Source: Candidatus Binatia bacterium (lineage in GTDB: Bacteria > Desulfobacterota > Binatia > Bin18). Taken from it: a DNA stretch of 64,000 nt. Position 1 is the stretch's first letter, and each line of letters starts with the position of its first letter. Below are positions 9,918 to 20,883 of the stretch, piece after piece. The stretch covers positions 3,980,538-4,044,537 of the forward strand of contig OZ246887.1 in NCBI GenBank assembly GCA_965231765.1, read 5' to 3'. The notes beneath the pieces are model-generated. The model searched no databases. It saw nothing but the letters and a program-made list of their open reading frames with translations, and was not told where the DNA came from. The translations under genes and the position numbers were made by a program.

Positions 9918-10691
9918 TCAAAAGAGGAGCGAGCCCAGCAGATAATCCCAGACCAGAATGAGCACCGAGCACATGACTACCGCTTGGGTCGTCGCTAGGC
10001 TGACCCCTTCTGCGCCTCGGGCTGCATAAAATCCCTTGAAGCAGCATACCCAGGCCACAATAGCGCCAAACGAGAACGATTTATATATCCCTGTCCACAC
10101 ATCATGCGACGTCACTGCACTGGCCATCTGAGAAAAATAGCTGCCAACACTCACCCCCAAGAGCTTGACACCAACGAGGTAGCCCCCATAAATACCTACC
10201 ACAGTAAAGATGCTGCTCAAGACTGGAAAAGATATTAACGATGCCAAAAGAATCGGCACAACAAGATATTTGATTGGATGGATGGCCATGACCTCAAGCG
10301 CGTCAATCTGCTCGGTGATCCGCATAATACCCAGCTCGGCCGTCAGGGCTGAGCCAGCCCGGGCTGTAATCATGAGGGCTGCCAAGACAGGACCGAGTTC
10401 AAGAATGAGAGATAGGCCGACCATCGGGCCGAGAGCCGCTTCTCCACCGAAACGACGCAGCGCGATAAAACCCTGGAGGGCAATGACCATCCCAGTGAAG
10501 GCACCGGTGAAGATGATGAGCAGCAGTGAGCGGGCGCCAATGAAATGCAGCCGTCGAAGCACCTGTCTGATGCGCCAGGGAGGGAGGAAAATATGTAGCA
10601 GCGCGGTGCTCAGAAAGAGCCCCATTTTGCCCATTTCATGCAGCGCGTCTAGTGAGCGACGTCCACAGCCACGCATAAACATGGCGAACAT
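9918..10691 (-). CDS. mlaE: ABC transporter permease MlaE
   Basis: 257-aa polytopic permease of the MlaE/Ttg2B type at the head of the operon. Tight spacing to mlaF. Confidence 0.8.
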   Translation of the reverse strand: MFAMFMRGCGRRSLDALHEMGKMGLFLSTALLHIFLPPWRIRQVLRRLHFIGARSLLLIIFTGAFTGMVIALQGFIALRRFGGEAALGPMVGLSLILELGPVLAALMITARAGSALTAELGIMRITEQIDALEVMAIHPIKYLVVPILLASLISFPVLSSIFTVVGIYGGYLVGVKLLGVSVGSYFSQMASAVTSHDVWTGIYKSFSFGAIVAWVCCFKGFYAARGAEGVSLATTQAVVMCSVLILVWDYLLGSLLF

Positions 10692-10960
10692 TCAGACTCC
10701 TTTCTGTCCAAGGTCTGTTCCAGATGAGTATGATGGATCTCTACCAATAACCAGCGGCGAAACCCCTAGCATACCCCCTCTTTTTCCTCAAGAGAGTCTC
10801 CTCAGAATGTCTTCCAGAGTTTCTTCAGCAGACCGGCAAAACGCGACAAGATGCCTGGTCTGGATTCCCCTTGTCAGGGGCGGCGGCGAAGGAGTATGTT
10901 GAATATATTGTCAAAGCAGGCTAACAGGACTGCTGATCACGTTCCCGAGGAGGAAACGCT

Positions 10961-12100
10961 ATGGCGAATACAGCCGGAGCGACCAATGCAGCCAATGCCG
11001 CAATATACGCAGATGAGCCCCCCCTACGTGTCGTTGAATCGAAAGAGACGATGAAATGGGCCCAATTCCAGATGGTGCTAAACAAGCACCGCGGAGAGAA
11101 GTTACTGCTGATCCTGACCGGTTATCCTGACCCTGACAATATCGCGTCGGGTCTCGCCCACCAGTTCCTGGCCAACGAGTTTGATATCGAGACGACCCTC
11201 CTGTGTTTCCACGAGGTCAGTCACCAAGAGAACCGGGCTTTAGTCAAACGACTTGAAATTGATCTGGTCCTGTACGAAGAAAGCTTCGACCTTGCACCGT
11301 ATAGTACGTACGCCTTTGTAGATACGCAGAAGATTGATACGCCAATTGTAGACCAGCTTGCAGACAAGGCATTTTTGTCCTTTGTCGACCACCATAAACG
11401 GGTAGGCGATATTGCGGCCGAGTTTATCGATGTTCGTGAAGATGCTGCTTCGACCTGCGCCATTTATGCCGAGTACTTACGGACACAGTATCCCCAAGGG
11501 CTGAATCCTGGTGAAACAGACCAAATTCGCCTTGCCACTGCACTGATGCACGGGATTCGGTCCGATACCATGGATTTACTGGAGGCGAGCCGGCTTGAGT
11601 TTGAAGCCGCGGCGTATCTGTGGCCGTGTGTTGATCAAGCCCTGCTGAGAAAGATTTCAGATCAATCTTTGGCCCCAGCGGTCATGGATATGATTCAAAA
11701 AGCGCTCGAAAATAAACAGGTGTTTGATACCCTGTTGTTCACGGATGTGGGTTTTGTGCGTCGTGAACATCGGGATGGCATCCCCCAGGTCGCAGAATTC
11801 CTGTTGCAGCGGGATGGAACCGATACGGTGTTAGTCTTCGGTATTGTGGATGCCAAGACCGTCGATGGTTCGCTGCGGACCCGCAGCGACACGGTGACGC
11901 CAGACACCTTCTTGAAGAAAGCCTTTGGCGGTGGTGAGGATAAAAAGAGCTACTACGGCGGGGGGAATATTAAAGACAAAGGCGGCTTTCAGATTCCTTT
12001 AGGGTTTCTTGCTCAGACGGCTGATCGTGAAGGTTTATACCAAATGGCTTGCGGGGTCGTGCAAGAACGCTTTCTCGAAGCGATTGGGCGCAAAGAATAG
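10961..12100 (+). CDS. DHH-family phosphoesterase (NrnA-like)
   Basis: DHH motif in SFVDHHK, Asp-rich N-terminal motifs ([15 protein letters not shown]), Gly-rich DHHA1-like C-terminus ([20 protein letters not shown]). Confidence 0.6.
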   Translation: MANTAGATNAANAAIYADEPPLRVVESKETMKWAQFQMVLNKHRGEKLLLILTGYPDPDNIASGLAHQFLANEFDIETTLLCFHEVSHQENRALVKRLEIDLVLYEESFDLAPYSTYAFVDTQKIDTPIVDQLADKAFLSFVDHHKRVGDIAAEFIDVREDAASTCAIYAEYLRTQYPQGLNPGETDQIRLATALMHGIRSDTMDLLEASRLEFEAAAYLWPCVDQALLRKISDQSLAPAVMDMIQKALENKQVFDTLLFTDVGFVRREHRDGIPQVAEFLLQRDGTDTVLVFGIVDAKTVDGSLRTRSDTVTPDTFLKKAFGGGEDKKSYYGGGNIKDKGGFQIPLGFLAQTADREGLYQMACGVVQERFLEAIGRKE

Positions 12101-12167
12101 GCCCTCGCGTATGAACACGCGGAAACTACGTAGTGAGCGACGTACTGAGATATGGAGGAGAGGAACT

Positions 12168-14120
12168 ATGGCAGCACAAGAAAGCGGCGATCTGATCTAC
12201 GATATTCCGGCCGCAGTCAAGGGGAAAACTGCCATCGACCCAGATACGTACGAGCAGATGTATCAACGCTCAGTACAAGACCCCGAAGGGTTCTGGGCTG
12301 AGCAGGCCGAAGAGCGGGTGACGTGGTTCAAGAAGTGGGACAAGGTCTTAGAGTGGGATTTCCATACAGCCCAGACTAAATGGTTCCTCGGCGGCAAACT
12401 CAATATTTCGTATAACTGCCTAGACCGCCACGTTGAAGCGGGAGCAGGCGGACAAGCTGCGCTTATTTGGCAGGGCAATGACGCTTCAGAATCGCAGCAA
12501 CTGACCTATGCCGAGCTGCTTGATAAGGTGAGTCAGTTCGCCAACGCGCTCAAAGCTATTGGCGTACAAAAAGGTGACCGGGTCTGCATTTACATGCAGA
12601 TGATCCCAGAGTTAGCAGTCGCTATGCTGGCCTGCACCCGGATTGGGGCGGTCCACTCGATTGTGTTTGGTGCGTTTTCGCCAGATTCTCTGCGTGACCG
12701 AATCCAAGATTCGAGTTGTAAGATACTGGTTACTCAAGATACGGGTCTGCGCGGAGCCAAGAATGATATTCCGATGAAGGCCAACGCCGACCAAGCAGTT
12801 GCCGCGTGTCCATCAATTGAGAAAGTCGTTGTTGTGCAACGCACCAGCCAGGCGGTAGAGATGCAGGCCGATCGAGACGTGTGGTGGCATGAGTTAGTTG
12901 CTCAGCAGTCCACAGACTGCCCGCCTGAGCACATGGATGCTGAAGATCCCCTGTTCATCCTGTACACCTCTGGTTCGACCGGTAAGCCTAAAGGCGTCTT
13001 ACATACGACAGGCGGGTATCTGGTCCACGCGTCGATTACCCACAAATACGTTTTTGACTATCGGCCAGGTGATACCTACTGGTGCACCGCTGACATCGGC
13101 TGGGTGACTGGGCACAGCTATATTGTGTACGGACCGCTCGCCAATAGAGCGACGACAATGATGTTCGAAGGTGTCCCCAATTATCCTGATTTTGGACGCT
13201 TTTGGCAGATTGTCGAGCAGCATAAAGTCAATATTTTCTATACTGCGCCCACCGCTTTGCGAGCGCTGATGAAAGAGGGCGACTCCTGGCCGGCAAAATA
13301 TGATCTGTCGAGTTTGCGGATTTTGGGCACGGTTGGTGAGCCGATTAAAAGTCCCGAATGGCACTGGTATTTCCAGACGATTGGCAAAGAGCGTTGTCCG
13401 ATTGTTGATACCTGGTGGCAGACGGAAACCGGTGGCATTCTTATTACGCCCCTCCCTGGAGCAACCAAGACCAAACCCGGCTCGGCAACCCGGCCATTTT
13501 TTGGCGTCCAGCCATGTTTAGTAGATGAGCAGGGCAAGGAACTCGAAGGCAATGGCGTTTCCGGTAATCTGTGTATTAAGTTTCCGTGGCCGGGTATTAT
13601 GCGAACGCTGTATGGCGATCATGAGCGCTTTCATCAGACGTACTTTGGCATATATCCAGGAAAATACTTCACTGGCGACGGCTGTCGGCGGGATGCAGAC
13701 GGATATTATTGGATTACGGGACGCGTTGACGATGTCATTAACGTCTCTGGCCATCGTCTCGGAACAGCTGAAATTGAAGGCGCACTGGGCAAACATCTGG
13801 CTGTCGCAGAAGCTGCGGTCGTTGGTATACCGCACGATCTGAAAGGGCAGGGCATCTACGCTTTCATCACATTGAAGACCGGACAGCAACCTTCCCCAGA
13901 TATAACGAAAGAGCTTATCGCGACCGTCCGTCGCGAGATTGGACCCCACGCCAGTCCAGATAAAATCCAGTTCTCGGATGGACTGCCCAAAACACGGAGC
14001 GGCAAGATTATGCGCCGCATCCTGCGTAAGATCGGCGAAGGGGCGATTGATCAGCTGGGTGATATCTCTACCCTGGCCGACCCGTCAGTTGTTGACCAGT
14101 TGGTGGCAGGTAGACAGTAA
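12168..14120 (+). CDS. acs: Acetyl-CoA synthetase (AMP-forming)
   Basis: Start at ATG 12168 after GGAGGAGAGGAACT. Canonical Acs sequence ([21 protein letters not shown]-terminal [12 protein letters not shown]). The listed 12009 start overlaps the upstream gene and is rejected. Confidence 0.9.
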   Translation: MAAQESGDLIYDIPAAVKGKTAIDPDTYEQMYQRSVQDPEGFWAEQAEERVTWFKKWDKVLEWDFHTAQTKWFLGGKLNISYNCLDRHVEAGAGGQAALIWQGNDASESQQLTYAELLDKVSQFANALKAIGVQKGDRVCIYMQMIPELAVAMLACTRIGAVHSIVFGAFSPDSLRDRIQDSSCKILVTQDTGLRGAKNDIPMKANADQAVAACPSIEKVVVVQRTSQAVEMQADRDVWWHELVAQQSTDCPPEHMDAEDPLFILYTSGSTGKPKGVLHTTGGYLVHASITHKYVFDYRPGDTYWCTADIGWVTGHSYIVYGPLANRATTMMFEGVPNYPDFGRFWQIVEQHKVNIFYTAPTALRALMKEGDSWPAKYDLSSLRILGTVGEPIKSPEWHWYFQTIGKERCPIVDTWWQTETGGILITPLPGATKTKPGSATRPFFGVQPCLVDEQGKELEGNGVSGNLCIKFPWPGIMRTLYGDHERFHQTYFGIYPGKYFTGDGCRRDADGYYWITGRVDDVINVSGHRLGTAEIEGALGKHLAVAEAAVVGIPHDLKGQGIYAFITLKTGQQPSPDITKELIATVRREIGPHASPDKIQFSDGLPKTRSGKIMRRILRKIGEGAIDQLGDISTLADPSVVDQLVAGRQ

Positions 14121-14154
14121 GCAATTTTGCTGATGGCCGATAGTTTTTACAATC

Positions 14155-15624
14155 ATGGCTCTCCGTTTTCATAATACCCTGACAGGCAAAGACGAAGCAT
14201 TCACTCCACTCACTCCTGGCAAGGTTGGCATGTATGTGTGTGGGGTGACGGTGTATGACCGCTCACATATTGGGCATGCGCGTGCGCTAGTGACGTTTGA
14301 TGTGATCTACCGTTATCTGCGGTTTCTTGGTTATGACGTGACTTTTGTCCGCAACTTTACTGATGTGGATGATAAAATCATCAAGCGCGCCAATGAACGT
14401 GGTATTTCTGCTCAAGAGCTGTCACAGCTGTATATCCGTGAATTTGGGGCAGACATGCGGGCGTTGGGTTGTCTGCCACCGACCATGGAGCCGCTTGCCA
14501 CTCAGCATGTTCCCGACATGATTGGCCTGATTCAGGAGTTAGAAAACAAAGGCATGGCGTACGCGGTTGAGGGCGATGTGTATTATGCGGTGGACCGCTT
14601 TAGGGACTATGGCAAACTGTCCCATCGTCAGCTCGAAGATATGATGGCCGGGGCCCGCGTTGAGGTTGATGAGCGCAAGCACCATCCAATGGACTTTGCG
14701 CTATGGAAGTCGAGCAAACCAGGCGAGCCTGAGTGGGAGAGCCCGTGGGGAAAAGGACGTCCTGGCTGGCATATCGAGTGCTCAGCCATGAGCAGTCGCT
14801 ATCTGGGACAACCGTTCGATATTCATGGTGGCGGAGCAGACCTTATCTTCCCTCACCATGAGAACGAGATTGCCCAGTCCGAAGGTGCTCAGGATTGCGC
14901 CCTGGCGCGCTACTGGCTGCACAATGGCATGGTCACAGTTGAGCATGAAAAGATGTCCAAATCGCTTGGCAACTTCCTGACCATCAGCGAGGTTTTAGTC
15001 GATCGGAAGCCTGAAGTCTTACGCATGGTGCTGCTATCAACCCAATATCGGATGCCACTTGACTTCTCGGCCCAGAAGCTGGACGAGGCCGAGAAAGGCT
15101 TGCGGCGCGTGTATGAGACCCTGGCACGGATTGACGCTGCGCTGCCAGCTGAGGCCCCAAATCAGAGAGATCAAACCGGTCATACTGCATCTGAAGCGGC
15201 AAACTCACCAGACTCACCTGTTCCGGATCGCTTTCGGGAAGCCATGGATGACGACTGTAATACACCTCGGGCTCTGGGGGTTGTGTTTGAGACAGTCCGT
15301 GAGGCAAATCGGGCGCTTGATGCTGGACAGCTCGATACGCTGCCGCACATTCGACACGGATTGGCGACGATTGGCAATGTTCTCGGGCTCCTGCAAGAGT
15401 CGCCTGAAGATTTTCTGCAGCGGGTGAAAGAAGAGGGATTGACGGAAGCCAGTCTTGCGCCTGAAGATATCGAGCAGCTGATCGCCGATCGGGCTGCCGC
15501 TCGCAAGGCCCGAGACTTTCAGAAAGCGGATGATATCCGTGATCAGCTCCAAGCCCAAGGTATCGTTCTTAAAGATTCCCCGATTGGGACAACCTGGACC
15601 ATCGATGCTGAACGACACAGCTAA
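14155..15624 (+). CDS. cysS: Cysteinyl-tRNA synthetase
   Basis: HIGH motif (SHIGHAR), KMSKS motif, Zn-binding Cys residues, size 489 aa. Confidence 0.9.
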   Translation: MALRFHNTLTGKDEAFTPLTPGKVGMYVCGVTVYDRSHIGHARALVTFDVIYRYLRFLGYDVTFVRNFTDVDDKIIKRANERGISAQELSQLYIREFGADMRALGCLPPTMEPLATQHVPDMIGLIQELENKGMAYAVEGDVYYAVDRFRDYGKLSHRQLEDMMAGARVEVDERKHHPMDFALWKSSKPGEPEWESPWGKGRPGWHIECSAMSSRYLGQPFDIHGGGADLIFPHHENEIAQSEGAQDCALARYWLHNGMVTVEHEKMSKSLGNFLTISEVLVDRKPEVLRMVLLSTQYRMPLDFSAQKLDEAEKGLRRVYETLARIDAALPAEAPNQRDQTGHTASEAANSPDSPVPDRFREAMDDDCNTPRALGVVFETVREANRALDAGQLDTLPHIRHGLATIGNVLGLLQESPEDFLQRVKEEGLTEASLAPEDIEQLIADRAAARKARDFQKADDIRDQLQAQGIVLKDSPIGTTWTIDAERHS

Positions 15625-15747
15625 GCGCTGATGGTGCTGGCTCAATCCCTATAAAAGATGTTACAGTAGTCCGAACGAAAAGAGACCATCCCGTCACACG
15701 GGCAACACTGCTTCCCAGTGAGTTCATACGTGGTTGATTCTCCTTGC

Positions 15748-15821
15748 GCGCCCGTAGCTCAATTGGATAGAGTGCCGGGCTTCGAACCCGTTGGTTGGGT
15801 GTTCGAGTCACCCCGGGCGCG
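15748..15821 (+). tRNA. tRNA-Arg (anticodon TCG)
   Basis: Manual cloverleaf: acceptor GCGCCCG/CGGGCGC, D-arm GCTC-AATTGGATA-GAGT, anticodon loop CTTCGAA (U33, anticodon UCG, A37), T-arm GGGTG-TTCGAGT-CACCC, discriminator G. 5' half nearly identical to E. coli tRNA-Arg. One C-T mismatch at 27-43. No encoded CCA. Followed by T-run gttgttttttt. Confidence 0.8.
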
Positions 15822-15863
15822 TTGTTTTTTTGCTTTCCCTCTGGGCGGTGGTGAGGAGTGGTG

Positions 15864-16853
15864 ATGAAGAAGCTCTTCGAGCGCCTGATCAAACGTCCTT
15901 CGCACAATCCTCCGAATACATCTCCTGCTGCTCTTCCTGAACCACCATACACGGTTGCTGCGGCTCTCCAGCCCGAAGAAAAGTCTCTGCTCTCTTCCCC
16001 CCATAATCTGAATAATTACATCGTCGTTATTCTCGACAGCTGTCGCTACGATGCGCTTATGGCTGCCGCGCCCAAGACGCTCAGCCGTTTGGGCCAGGTC
16101 GAACGCCGCTGGAGCTATGCGTCCTGGACTGCGCCTTCGCATTATAATCTGCTCATGGGTTTACTCCCCCATTCCAGTCCACCCCACGTCTATGCCTCAG
16201 AGTATTACAAGCACGATTTTCTGAAATATAACGAGCGCTTAGGCGCGCAGGATTTTGCCTTTAAAAGCTTGCTTCCACACCTGTTTCTCCCAACGTTCTT
16301 AAAACACACACTTGGCTACCAGACGCACGCTTGTGTCTCCTTACCTGTCTTGAATCCGGCGACTCCGATCAACCGTGATTTTGATTCCTTTACCCTCATG
16401 CCGAAACATAACGATATGGCGGCGATGGTGGAAAAGATGACGTTCTCTGCTGACCGCCCGTCTTTCTACCTGTTGAATGTCGGAGAGACCCACTATCCGT
16501 ATGCCTTGCCAGATGAACCCGAGAACCTGTGGCCCAAAATTCATGGTGTACATGGGGTTTTTAAGCATCTGGATGATATGTTGGTAGGAGGCAAGTTGGT
16601 CGAAGAAGAACAAGCTGGAGAGAAGTTTTTCGATCAGGCTAAACTTGATCAGCTCCGGGACCGCCAGATTGAAGCGGTTCGTTATCTTGATCAGGTGTTT
16701 ACCCAGCTGTTCGATATCGTGCCGCGTAATACGTATATCACCGTGACCGCTGACCATGGGGAGTTGTTTGGCGAGGAGGGATATTTTGGCCACGGTCCGA
16801 TTCAGCACGAGAAAGTCTACGAAGTCCCTTTTGTTGAAGGTAAACTGCGCTGA
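15864..16853 (+). CDS. Alkaline-phosphatase-superfamily (sulfatase/phosphotransferase-like) protein
   Basis: Metal-site-like motifs VVILDSCRYD near N-terminus and TADHGELFGEEGYFGHG near C-terminus. RBS GGTGAGGAGTGGTG. Exact subfamily not resolved. Confidence 0.5.
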   Translation: MKKLFERLIKRPSHNPPNTSPAALPEPPYTVAAALQPEEKSLLSSPHNLNNYIVVILDSCRYDALMAAAPKTLSRLGQVERRWSYASWTAPSHYNLLMGLLPHSSPPHVYASEYYKHDFLKYNERLGAQDFAFKSLLPHLFLPTFLKHTLGYQTHACVSLPVLNPATPINRDFDSFTLMPKHNDMAAMVEKMTFSADRPSFYLLNVGETHYPYALPDEPENLWPKIHGVHGVFKHLDDMLVGGKLVEEEQAGEKFFDQAKLDQLRDRQIEAVRYLDQVFTQLFDIVPRNTYITVTADHGELFGEEGYFGHGPIQHEKVYEVPFVEGKLR

Positions 16854-16886
16854 GTGTTCTCCACCGCGTAACGGAAAGGCCCGTTC

Positions 16887-17849
16887 GTGAGAGATCCGAA
16901 AGTCCTTGTTGGTATTCTGCTGAGCGTACTGTTCGGCTATTTCGCCGTGCGTGGGGTGGACTGGGCGGCAACTCTCATTGCTCTGGAGCGGACGAGTGTG
17001 CTTGCCTTGATGGTGCCGACCGCTTGGTTTAGCCTTTTTTTCATCGTGCGTGCGTACCGTTGGCAAAGATTTGTTCAACCGCTCGAAATATTGCCGGTCC
17101 GCCCTTTTTTTTCGGCAACGATGATTGGCTTTATGGCGAACGACGTTCTGCCTTTACGGGCTGGCGAGCTCGTGCGTGCCTACGCCTTGTCTCATTTGAC
17201 TTCCGTCCGTTTAACGACTGCCTTAGCCACAACCGTCTTAGAGCGGGTATGGGACGCTATTATTATCGGGCTGCTGTTTGTGTGGGTGTTACCACGTTTT
17301 CCGCTGCCAGAGTGGGTGGCGCAGACGAACACAGTCCTTTTGGTAGTCTGCGTGGCCGGTTTAGTTGGAGCCTGGTGGGTTGCGCGTCGGGAAGAAGGAA
17401 TCCAGCTCTCGTGGCTTCCCGAACGTGTCGCTGCTCTTGTGCAACATTTTATTGAAGGACTAAGAGCGCTGCAGAATGTCTCACTGGTTGCTCAAATCGT
17501 CTTGATGTCTCTAACGATGTGGCTCATTTTAGCTGTGTACTATTGGCTGTTACTGTGGGCATGTGGCATTGTGTTGCCACTTGAAGCAGGTTTGGTGCTC
17601 ATGGTGGTCGCCGCCTTTGGGGCTGCCGTCCCAGCCGCGCCAGGTTTTGTTGGCACATTTCAGTATGCCATTATCTTAGGCTTATCCCTGTTTTCTATCC
17701 CAAAAGGAGAGGCGCTCGGTTTCTCTATTATTGCCCATCTGGCTCAGCTGCTGCCAGTCATTGGCGTTGGACTGATTACGCTGATGCGGTCTGGATTACC
17801 GCTCTGGCCTGCGAGACTCCTGCCTGCCAAAGAAGACCATGTGGGCTAG
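16887..17849 (+). CDS. Flippase-like / LPG-synthase-TM-domain (UPF0104) integral membrane protein
   Basis: 8 predicted TM helices. Resembles pfam03706-type proteins (RAYRWQRF...MANDVLPLRAGELVRAYAL). Confidence 0.6.
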   Translation: MRDPKVLVGILLSVLFGYFAVRGVDWAATLIALERTSVLALMVPTAWFSLFFIVRAYRWQRFVQPLEILPVRPFFSATMIGFMANDVLPLRAGELVRAYALSHLTSVRLTTALATTVLERVWDAIIIGLLFVWVLPRFPLPEWVAQTNTVLLVVCVAGLVGAWWVARREEGIQLSWLPERVAALVQHFIEGLRALQNVSLVAQIVLMSLTMWLILAVYYWLLLWACGIVLPLEAGLVLMVVAAFGAAVPAAPGFVGTFQYAIILGLSLFSIPKGEALGFSIIAHLAQLLPVIGVGLITLMRSGLPLWPARLLPAKEDHVG

Positions 17850-17986
17850 ACGTTTTCTGCTTAACGTTTTTAGACGAAAAGAGTTACCCTTCCCACTCTC
17901 ACACGATTCTTTGTGGCTAGGGGAGTAGGCAGGTAGGTGAAATGCCGTAATGGGAAAGGCAAGACAGAGGGAGCTCCCTGAGGCTG

Positions 17987-19468
17987 GTGGTAGGATGTGC
18001 GGCAGATGCGTGGCAAAAAATGATGAATCTCCTCTCTCGGCTTATGTGCCTTGGCTCTGGGTCGTTGCTGCTGTATGGGACGATAGCCTGGCTGAGTCAC
18101 TCCTTCATTTATGGGCAGGGGCATCTCCAACGCCCAATTCTGCTTGTCCTGTCGGTGTACGCTGGAATATTTGTCTTCTATTTCTTGGCTATTCGTGACT
18201 TGACACGCCTTTCAAGCAAAAAGGGGGATGGTTGGCATATAAGGTATATCGTATGGGCTATCCTCGGCTTTGGCGTACTCTTTCGTAGCGTGTTCCTCTT
18301 TTCCAACCCAATTCAAGAAGACGATTTTTATCGGTATTTATGGGATGGAAAAGTCGTTGCTAGTGGCCTCAATCCGTATCGTTTTGCTCCGCACGCAGTA
18401 CACGAAAAGAAAGCGCTGAATGAAGAGTTGATGGAAGAGCTGGCGTTGTATGCTCAACTTGCTGAGGAAGACCCCCATATCGCGTTTATTCTGTCACGAG
18501 TGAACCATGCCACTATCCCTACGATTTACCCTCCCTTTACCCAGGCGGTATTTGGACTAACGGCTTGGATTGCTCCGGGCAGCCTGTCGGCTTTACGGAT
18601 TGTTTTTCTCGGCTTTGATCTCGGAATCTGTGGGCTGGTGGTTGTCCTGCTCAGATATCTCTCGCTGAATCCTCTCTTCGTGCTGATATATGCCTGGTCG
18701 CCGCTGGTGATTAAAGAAACGGCGAATTCGACCCATTATGACGTTGTGCCGACATTCTGTCTGGTGCTCGGGCTCCTGCTGATGGTGAAGGGACGAGCAC
18801 TGCTCGCTCAAATCAGTCTGGCTACCGCTGTCCTCGGCAAACTGTACCCTATTTTAATGCTCCCCCTCTTCTTTGTCCGGGTGTGGAAAAAACAGGGGGC
18901 TCGTCCAGCTTTGGGTGGGCTCGGTGCTGGAGCTGGTGTCATACTGCTGGGCTACGTGCCTTTTTGGGATACTGACTCGCTGTGGACAGGAACGCGGACT
19001 TTTGCTGAACAGTGGCAGACCAATAGCTTCATTTTTCCCTGGATTGTTTTACTCGTTGGGGAAAGATGGATCGCAAACGCCATTGTTGGAGGGCTGCTAG
19101 GAGGAGCCATTCTCGCCGTGATACGTTGGGGGGAGTTATCTGATGACACGCAATTTGTGTGGGGAAACAGCATTGTCCTGGGAGTGTTGTTTGTCTTGAG
19201 CCCGGTCGGCAATCCCTGGTACTTTCTGTGGCTTGTCCCGCTTTTATGTCTCTTTCCACTCCGGTCGTGGTTGCTGCTGTCCGGTTTGCTCGGACTGTAT
19301 TATCTGTCCTTCTATTTTATCTACCGAGGCCAGGCGGAAATTTTTGAATGGGTCGTGTGGTTGGAGTATCTACCATTCTATGGAATGCTCCTATGGGAAT
19401 GGCGGCACGGAGCATACCAACGGAAAAGTGACGAATCAGAATCTATGCAAGAGGTGGTATCCGGATGA
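17987..19468 (+). CDS. GT-C-fold membrane glycosyltransferase (DUF2029/GT87-like)
   Basis: About 12 TM helices, periplasmic-loop acidic motif DDFYRYLWDG after TM2, size 493 aa. Stop overlaps next gene start (ATGA). Confidence 0.5.
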   Translation: MVGCAADAWQKMMNLLSRLMCLGSGSLLLYGTIAWLSHSFIYGQGHLQRPILLVLSVYAGIFVFYFLAIRDLTRLSSKKGDGWHIRYIVWAILGFGVLFRSVFLFSNPIQEDDFYRYLWDGKVVASGLNPYRFAPHAVHEKKALNEELMEELALYAQLAEEDPHIAFILSRVNHATIPTIYPPFTQAVFGLTAWIAPGSLSALRIVFLGFDLGICGLVVVLLRYLSLNPLFVLIYAWSPLVIKETANSTHYDVVPTFCLVLGLLLMVKGRALLAQISLATAVLGKLYPILMLPLFFVRVWKKQGARPALGGLGAGAGVILLGYVPFWDTDSLWTGTRTFAEQWQTNSFIFPWIVLLVGERWIANAIVGGLLGGAILAVIRWGELSDDTQFVWGNSIVLGVLFVLSPVGNPWYFLWLVPLLCLFPLRSWLLLSGLLGLYYLSFYFIYRGQAEIFEWVVWLEYLPFYGMLLWEWRHGAYQRKSDESESMQEVVSG

Positions 19469-20175
19469 ATAAACGAGGAGGCGTCTCTCTCCTGGTCGTG
19501 CTGTCGCTCGGACTCGTTATCCTGATTGGCAGTTCGAGCCAGTCAGCTGACACACCCACTGAAGCCATGCCTTTGCTGGTGCTGACTGAGCAGAAAGAAG
19601 TGCATGTCTTGGGCCAGATTTTTCCGTCCCGTTTTAATGCCGCCAAAGGTCCGGAAGCGCAGTATCATTTCCTGGTCTGGCAAGGCGGAACCTCTCCTGG
19701 GGCACTTATTGAGACACCCGTTGACGACCTCGACTTTCACGCTGCAATCCTGAGCCTTGGAGCCCAGCCGGGCAATCACCTAACAATGGCAGCTTGGACC
19801 AAACGACATGAGCACAAAAATCCAGCTCCTCAACAGACCGTCACCGGCAGCCAGTTAAAGGTCCGTATTGCCTGGCCAGCCAAGCCTAACGGCTTCTCTC
19901 TTGAGCAAGCATTCCTAGACTCAGCACTCAGCACTCAGTCGTCAGTCCTCGATCCCCGCTTCAGCGGCAATCGAGATCGCTGGTTTAATACCATCCCCCT
20001 CGTTCCCCGCCCAGGCTGCCTCATGTGTTTATATAGCTGCCCCAGCGGCAAAGTCGGGAATGGGGTACTCAGTATTGCCGACTATGTGCACAAGCCGCGG
20101 CATTTTCACGCCGATACAGACCAACTGCCGCCCGATGGGACAGCCGTGATTGTGACGTTCCAGCTTCAATCTTAA
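19465..20175 (+). CDS. Secreted hypothetical protein with Cys-rich C-terminal segment
   Basis: Signal peptide MNKRGGVSLLVVLSLGLVILIGSSSQSA. PGCLMCLYSCPSGK motif. No family recognised. Confidence 0.45.
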   Translation: MNKRGGVSLLVVLSLGLVILIGSSSQSADTPTEAMPLLVLTEQKEVHVLGQIFPSRFNAAKGPEAQYHFLVWQGGTSPGALIETPVDDLDFHAAILSLGAQPGNHLTMAAWTKRHEHKNPAPQQTVTGSQLKVRIAWPAKPNGFSLEQAFLDSALSTQSSVLDPRFSGNRDRWFNTIPLVPRPGCLMCLYSCPSGKVGNGVLSIADYVHKPRHFHADTDQLPPDGTAVIVTFQLQS

Positions 20176-20178
20176 TCT

Positions 20179-20883
20179 ATGCCTGAAACAGTTCCTCGCA
20201 TTGCGGTCATCATCCCGGTTCTGAACGAAGAAGCCTCGCTGCCTCTCGTACTGGCTGATTTACCGAAAGATATGCTTGAAGAAGTTGTTGTCGTGGACAA
20301 TGGCTCGGATGATCGGACTCCACAAGTCGTCCGAGATGGTGGAGCCACACTCTTACACGAGCAGCGCCGAGGCTATGGTTGGGCGTGTTTAGCCGGTATT
20401 GAACACTTGAAAACACGTATGCCAGACATTGTTGTGTTTCTCGACGGCGACTACAGCGACCATCCTGATGAATTGCGCGAGGTGGTGCATCCTATTGTGA
20501 CGGACGCGTACGATATGGTCATCGGCTCCCGGACCAAAGGGGAGGCCGAGCCTGGCGCGCTTTTGCCCCACGCGCGTTTTGGTAATGCGCTGGCCACGAG
20601 TCTGATCACATTCTTGTATGGATTTACCTACAGTGACCTTGGGCCGTTTCGAGCAATCCGCTTTGCGGCTTTACTTGAACTCGGGATGACGGACTGTACG
20701 TATGGCTGGACGGTGGAAATGCAAATTAAAGCCATTCACAACAGACTGCGCATCACCGAGGTGCCAGTCCGATACCGGCAGCGGATTGGGGCATCGAAAG
20801 TCAGTGGAACGCTCAAAGGCACGATCATGGCTGGGTATAAAATTCTGTGGACGGTATTTCGACACGCGAGGAGGAAGGGGTGA
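20179..20883 (+). CDS. GT2 glycosyltransferase, dolichyl/polyprenyl-phosphate-sugar synthase (DPM1-like)
   Basis: IAVIIPVLNEE...VVVDNGSDD...FLDGDYSDHP (DxD) ... IGSR. Typical DPM1/GtrB-like layout, 234 aa. Confidence 0.75.
   Translation: MPETVPRIAVIIPVLNEEASLPLVLADLPKDMLEEVVVVDNGSDDRTPQVVRDGGATLLHEQRRGYGWACLAGIEHLKTRMPDIVVFLDGDYSDHPDELREVVHPIVTDAYDMVIGSRTKGEAEPGALLPHARFGNALATSLITFLYGFTYSDLGPFRAIRFAALLELGMTDCTYGWTVEMQIKAIHNRLRITEVPVRYRQRIGASKVSGTLKGTIMAGYKILWTVFRHARRKG

Noticed and set aside
6983-10691. Interpreting the MCE/Mla genes as an actinobacterial Mce (steroid uptake) operon
   Set aside because: Presence of MlaA/VacJ and MlaC homologues, a single MCE-domain protein of MlaD size, and MlaE/MlaF types match the Gram-negative Mla system, not the 6-MCE actinobacterial Mce loci.
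12009-12167. N-terminal extension of acs starting at 12009
   Set aside because: Overlaps the upstream DHH gene by 90 nt. Canonical Acs N-terminus begins at ATG 12168, which has a good RBS.
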